Source of the DNA: Paraspadella gotoi | Lineage: Eukaryota; Animalia; Chaetognatha | Reading direction: 5' to 3' | DNA: 64,000 nt | Assembly: GCA_051294375.1 (NCBI GenBank) | Contig: CM119267.1 | Location: 17,712,937-17,776,936 of the forward strand | In this document: positions 57,413-64,000 of the stretch, in pieces | Position numbering within the stretch: the first letter of the stretch is position 1 | Layout of the letters: every line of letters starts with the position of its first letter | Position numbers and translations under genes: made by a program | The notes under the pieces: model-generated | Told to the model about the DNA's origin: nothing | Databases searched by the model: none | The model's input: the letters and a program-made list of their open reading frames with translations, nothing else

Positions 57413-58314
57413 CTCTTTAAAGAATGTCTTTTTGTCGCTTCTAAAACCATTTTAAATTTTTTTTCACTGAGAAATTTGTAAAAAAATTGCGAGATATATC
57501 AGTTTTTCTTACGATAGGCAAGGCTTCAAAGTATTTATTTATCGATAATTTGATGTATTGAACGTAAAAACATTTGTCCGTCGGTTCTCAATGTCTTTCC
57601 GATAACAACAAAGATTACCGCTGACTCGCTCTCACGTTCGATCCCACGCTCGCACCACGGGAGCCGATGTCCCTCCAATTTTTCATCCCCGTAACAAGAA
57701 TTGACGCTGTTACGGTGTTACACGGTCAACGAAATTTGCAACGAACGCCCACGGAGACGTTCGATGGCGCGTTTGGGGGTTCAATGCCGAGCCAAAGGTC
57801 GCGATTCTTAGATTGGTTTTTAACTTGAAGTAATTAAATAATTGATATTCGATAATTGAGCAATGATTAATTGAATGAGGTGAATTAACTTAAAACAACT
57901 TGAATGGCAATTAACCTTGGATTTAAGGTCAGCAGATTTATTGGCATTTAACATCGTATCATTTCGTATTTGACGGCAATTGACGGCAAGTTTCACGGAA
58001 TTTTACTTTAGGTTTAATAACGTTTTACTTTTAATTTAATTTTAATATTTGGGTTAACGTCATTCAACTTTGCATTTAACGGTATTCAATGTCGCATTTT
58101 ACGCCATTCAAAATCGGAAATAACGCTATTTAACTTATACAATAACTTATACATTTTCATCAATTCTCCCTTAGTTTTTCGAAATATTCTTCCACCCACC
58201 AAACTGACGTTACGTCTTCGACTCTCTCAAAACAAACTCTCCGCCCTCGTTCCCATTCCTCACTCGTGCAGTTCCTCATTCTCCCACATTTTAGAGTTAT
58301 TTTCGGCAGAGTCG

Positions 58315-58382
<68 letters not shown>

Positions 58383-60457
58383 CATTCCTCCTTTTCTTCT
58401 CAGTGGCTTCGTCGGTATTTATACCCGTCATTCACTGAAAGCTTTTTGGGTCAGTTTCGGCAGCCGAAGTTTTTTTTTTTATTTTTTTTTTTTTTTTTTT
58501 TTTATTTTTGGCTTTTTTTTCCCTTTTTCATTGAGTTTCGAATTGAGAGGAAAAAGGGAAAAAATGAGGACGAAACTTTTGAATAATTTTATAAGCGTCT
58601 ATGGCAACGGGAGGATAGCCTGTGATACCCGGGGCGCGGGGTATCTCACCATCTGGCGTAGGGGCTGCGGACCCTCACGTCGTTATTTCTTAGTGATTTA
58701 TTCTTCAACCCTCACGTCGTTATTTCTTAGTGACGTCACGCATAAACAAGCACATTGGACACTGTTGCACAATCCACACGTCAGTTTTTGTAAATTTCTT
58801 TAAAAAATTCTTGCGGTTACTTTGAGTAAAGTACATTGTATGATTGTAAAATTGTGCATTACTCTCTCTCTCTCTATCTCTCTCGCTCTCCATCTCTCTC
58901 GCACTCCTCCTGGTTTTGTCTTTGTGATTTGTTTGCTGTCGTCAAATCGAGATTTGTTGACTCCAATTTCCTCTTTTTATTTTTCTTATTTTTTTCTTCT
59001 TTTCTTTTTCTTTTATCGCGAAAGAGTCCCTTTTATGGTTCCCTTTATTACTGACTTTACTTTGTCCTCTCTCACTCACTCTCTTCCTTTTTTCGACCTC
59101 TTCTTTCTTCAAATCATGCACCCCACACTCATCCCCAGCTTATGTTCTTTGACACCATGTCTGCCATGTTCCGCCCTGCTTTTTATCTCCGCTACCATTT
59201 CGCCCCATTTATTTACGCTTTCTTTTTTTAATTTCTTAATTCATTCTAAAAATTGTTCTTTCAAATTTTTCTTTAAAAAGCTTACTTTTCCCCCTTTGAG
59301 CCTTTTTTTTTTTCGTTTTATTTGCGCAAGTATTTCTTTATTTGCGAAATATATATTTTTTGTTGCTTTTGTTTTCTTTTTATTTACCGTCGATTTTCTT
59401 TCATTTCCATACCAAGCCTCCCTCCCTTCGACCCATAACCCGCCCCATTTTTTTTTGGGGACTATAATACATTTGGCTTTTAAAAACGCGCGTTTTCAGC
59501 CTTGTTTTTTTTTTCTTTTTCGCCCTTTATATTATTATATATGCCTTCAATACGATAATTTTGTATTTTATATACTCCTTCGTCCTTATTCCTTTACTTT
59601 TATGACGTTATTCACGCACTTTTTTCTTTAAAAAAAAAAGAAAAAGAATTTTACGGTCCTTGGTCGCTCTTCCCAGAAATGCGATAAAAGTTGGGATTTT
59701 CGTTTCGCGTCGAAATCTTCACGAAGGTCAAATTCCGTTGTTTTTTTTTCATCTTCACTCTCTTCACCAGTAAGAGTTTAAACAAGAAGGATTCGAGTCT
59801 CACTGATAAATAACAATATCACTAGAAGCGAATAGCATCGCTGTTGTGAACGTCACCATCACCGACAGGATCAATCCAGACATATCTGCGACTCGCTTCA
59901 CCATCCCATCCCTCATTTTTTCACTTGAATCGAGACGCGTCTCGCTCGAATCCATTCACGCGACCACGCAGTCACTCTTCATTTTTCCAGCCCATAATTC
60001 ACGATTTATTCTTCACCGCGGCTCGATGTCCCCTCGTTCCAATGTCGGCTTCACTTCCGCTTGGCTTCGTTTATGAAAGTAAATATATACCTTTATTTCT
60101 TTTTATTAATAGTTATATTTACGAGTTCAATTCCCGTATTAGAATTTAGAAGAAATTAACTTTCAATGAAGTTAAATGAATTTTAGACTTTTGCAGGCAA
60201 TTGGCGTCAAATTTAATTTTAAGCTTATTACAGCTTACTCTTTTTTTGAGCAAGACTGCGGCGTTCTGTGTGCTTTACATTTTTCACAGTTTTTCTTTAT
60301 TTTACAAAAAACAATATGACGCAGTAACATATACCATATACAATATACATATTGTATCGTAATCGTCGTAATGTCTTCATTATTACTTATTACCTGTTGC
60401 AAAAAAGGAAGTCAGCCATTATAGGCATTATTATCATAGACGCGGAGGTTTCAAAAA

Positions 60458-60492
<35 letters not shown>

Positions 60493-60599
60493 GGTTTTCG
60501 TTCGCAAATAAGTCTCCGAAAACAAGTCTCTGAGTGACTAACAACACGTTTTGAACCCCCATGCACGCTTAATTTCGCGAATCAAGGTGAGAGAGATTG

Positions 60600-60672
<73 letters not shown>

Positions 60673-60769
60673 GAGCGGCGAATGTGGCATTGAGGTGCTT
60701 GTGAACCCAAACATGCATAACTCGTCCCCTGCGACGACAAATGCTTCAGAAAGGTTGCAAGCATGAAGA

Positions 60770-60934
60770 AGAAGAAGAAGAAAGAAGAAGAAGAAGAAGA
60801 AGAAAGAAGAAGAGGGGAAGAAAGAAGAAGAAGAAGAAGAAGAAGAAGAAGAAAGACGAACCACAGATGATGATGATGATGATGAAATGATGATGGTGAT
60901 TATTATTATTAGTTATTATTATTATTATTACTTA

Positions 60935-60965
<31 letters not shown>

Positions 60966-61626
60966 ATTATTAATTATTATTATTATTAGAATGATGAAAA
61001 ACCACGAAAATCTTTCAGCTAACAGCTTTACTGTAAATGAGATGATGATGATGAACGTAGAATTAAAAATAAACTCAGAATGTTTAATTTATAATTTCAA
61101 ATTAGATAAATTGTGTTTGTAAAAAACATGACTTTCAGAAATCACTGAATGGCTCAAGGATATTTTACAATAAATATAATATATTCTTTAGCCGTTTGTG
61201 GCCGAAAACAAATTTTACACTTTTGAAACAAAATCAAAGAGGAAAAAGAAAAAAACTTTTGAAAAAACTTCTTTTTTAAATGATGTTATAAAACTAAAAA
61301 GCTAAAAGATTAAAAAGCTTAATTGCAAATGTTTTAAAACGCGTCTTTGAAGCCTTGGAAAACAGGGGACTAGACTCGAACTGCCGGAGAGAAGAGAGAG
61401 AGAGAAAGAAGAGAGGAGAGAAGAGAGAGAGAGAGAGAAGAGAGAGTAGAGAGAGATCGTGCTGTGGTTCTTACACGTTCTACTGAATATGCAAAGAATT
61501 TATTGATGGTATGATGAAATAAACCGCTTGAGAATCATGGATGGAGGCAGAAGTAGGGTTGGGAGAAGGAACGACAGTGAAAAAGAGTGAACAAAGCATG
61601 AAGAGAGAGAGAGAAGAGAGAGAAGA

Positions 61627-61671
<45 letters not shown>

Positions 61672-61987
61672 TGAAAGAGACAGAGAGGAAGGAGAGTGGT
61701 GAGGAAAAGTTTAATAGAAATACGCACTATATTTTCCGTCGCACAAAAGGTTTATTTATTTCATGTGTAAACTAGTTAATCAACATTGAACCATTAAGAA
61801 AAAACGTGAAGCTTGATCAATAAATATCTGACTCATCGAGATAATTTACATGTTCTTATGGCAAGGGTGAAGTATTTCTCTCGTCGATGAANNNNNNNNN
61901 NNNNNNNNNNNNNNNNAGAAGAAGAAGAAGAAGAAGAAGAAGAAGAAGAAGACGACCACGATGATGATGATGATGATGATGATGGTG

Positions 61988-62052
<65 letters not shown>

Positions 62053-62420
62053 GATGATGAAAACCACGAAAATCTTCACTACAGCTTTTACTTAAATGAC
62101 GATGATGATGATGACGTAAATTAAAATAAACTCAAGAATGTTTAATTTATAAATTCAATTAGATAAATTGTGTTTTAAAAACATGACTTTCAGATCACTG
62201 ATCTCAAGGATATTTTACAATAAATATATATATTCTTTAGCCGTTGTGCGAAAACAAATTTTACACTTTTGAAACAAAATCAAAGAGGAAAAGAAAAAAA
62301 CTTTTGAAAAAACTCTTTTTAATGATGTAAAAACTAAAAAAGCTAAAAGCTTAAAAGCTTATGCAAATGTTTTACCGTCTTGAAGCCTTGGAAAACAGGG
62401 ACTGACTCGACTCCGGAGAA

Positions 62421-62456
<36 letters not shown>

Positions 62457-62657
62457 GAGAGAGTAGAGAGAGATCGCGCTGTGTTCTTACACTACTGAAT
62501 ATGCAAATGAATTTTGATGGTATGATGAAATAACCGCATTGAGAATCATGGATGAGCAGAAGAGGGTTGGGAGAAGGAACGACAGTGAAAAAGAGTGACA
62601 ACAGAAGAGGAGGGAGCAAGAGAGAGATGAAGAGAGAGAGAGAGAGAAGAGAGAAGA

Positions 62658-62713
<56 letters not shown>

Positions 62714-62920
62714 CAGAGAGAGAGAGAGTGTGAGGAAAAGTCTTAATAAGGAAATACGCCTATATTTTTCCGTCGCACAAAGGATTTATTTATTTCATTG
62801 TAAACTAGTTAATCCAACATTGAACCATTAAGAAAAACGTGAAGCTTGATCATAAAATATCTCTCATCGAGATAATTTACATGTTCTTGGCAAGGTGAAG
62901 TCATTTCTGTCTCGATGAAG
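60770..62920. repeat. ~1.1-kb local duplication across an N gap, with GAA/GAT/TAT microsatellites
   Basis: ~60770-61890 recurs at ~61917-62920 with scattered 1-bp indels. N gap at 61892-61916. Confidence 0.85.
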
Positions 62921-64000
62921 CTTCGATCTTTTATTTAACGTCTTTCTCTCTCTCTTTCCCTTTCTCTCTCTTTCTCCATCTCCCTCTCGTTATTACTCTA
63001 TCTCTCTCCATGTATATGAAATTTGTACTACCTTTATAGTTCTATCTATCAAACTCTTAAGGTAAGTAATTAATAAATAAGCACTTTCATGTTTTTGTTC
63101 AATATTTTTTAAAACTAAAAAAGGAAGAAGCATAAAGCACAACTTTAAATTCATAAAACCGGCTTAAGGGGACCCAGTGATAAAAATGATATCATAAGCA
63201 TCAAAGGAATTTGAAATGGTGATAGCTTAATTTTTTTCTTGCACGGGAAACTGGCAAAAAAATTCCTATCGTCTTATTGTAGGCGGAAACAAAAATTTAA
63301 TAATTATGAAAAAAAAATTTAGTTGACCTACTTTTTAATATAATCATTATTTTATTTTTGCATAGATAAGATTTTTTACTAAAAATTCCAACTTTTTAAT
63401 TTTTTTACTGTAGCAAAGCTATAATTTTAAGGTTTAAGCCTCATTGAACATAGGCTTTATAAGAATAATATTTTTTAATATTTTTATATTTACTTAAAAA
63501 GCAGACCAAATCAAACCTAAATCTATCTTCAGAAACAAAACTGTAATAAATTATTATTAATATTTATATTCATTCCCGTTAAAATGTATAATTAAACTAT
63601 ATTGATTCCTAATTATAACAATGTAATAAATTTAGCAGAAGTTACAGAAATCTTTCTTTTTTTTTTATATTTATATTACTTCAAAGAGTTTTATTTTCAT
63701 CCAATTAACAGAATCATTTGAAAAGAAAGTTTAAATAAAAATCAGTCGATTACCTTAAATTTGATTCATTCTAGTTTTTTTTCTTATAAAATTTTTTGTG
63801 ATAAAAGCGAAAAATGCTTTTTAAAATTAGATCTTACCTTTTTTTGGAAAAAAAAATTTTAATAGAAAAGATTTTCTTCTTACCGATTTTTAAAAGAAAA
63901 TTAAGCTCGCTGATTTTATCGAATTTTTTAACTACTTTCCCAAATGATTATAGAAGAAAAATTATATGATCAGAACCAGCTTAAGTTAAAGGGTCAAACG

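Noticed and set aside
58822-59631. 269-aa Phe/Leu-rich ORF
   Set aside because: Product of T/C-rich low-complexity sequence that lacks stop codons by composition.
59780-60060. Possible minus-strand membrane-protein exon (MSGLILSVMVTFTTAMLFASS)
   Set aside because: Ends in a stop, with no partner exons or family recognised.

Overview
Eukaryotic, invertebrate-animal-like draft DNA, rich in microsatellites (GA, GAAA, GATA, GAC) and N gaps. Scattered 1-bp indels look like uncorrected long-read errors. Exons were assembled by eye. (1) A 9-exon HIF-alpha-like bHLH-PAS gene (+, 4036-10217). (2) Three tRNA-Gly(TCC) genes in a 265-bp tandem array (-, 14573-15174). (3) A long multi-exon ionotropic glutamate receptor-superfamily gene (+, 17396-48114). 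It appears to lack the amino-terminal domain and has a remodelled ligand pocket, pore loop and gate. (4) Two paralogous protein-kinase-fold genes on the minus strand, both missing catalytic residues. (5) An ~8.1-kb tandem duplication joined by an N gap, probably an assembly artefact, which copies the receptor 3' exons and kinase A. (6) Two related fold-back elements carrying minimal hammerhead-ribozyme cores, resembling Penelope-like element termini, plus MITE-like inverted repeats, a LINE fragment and minisatellites. All family comparisons use remembered motifs; no searches were run.
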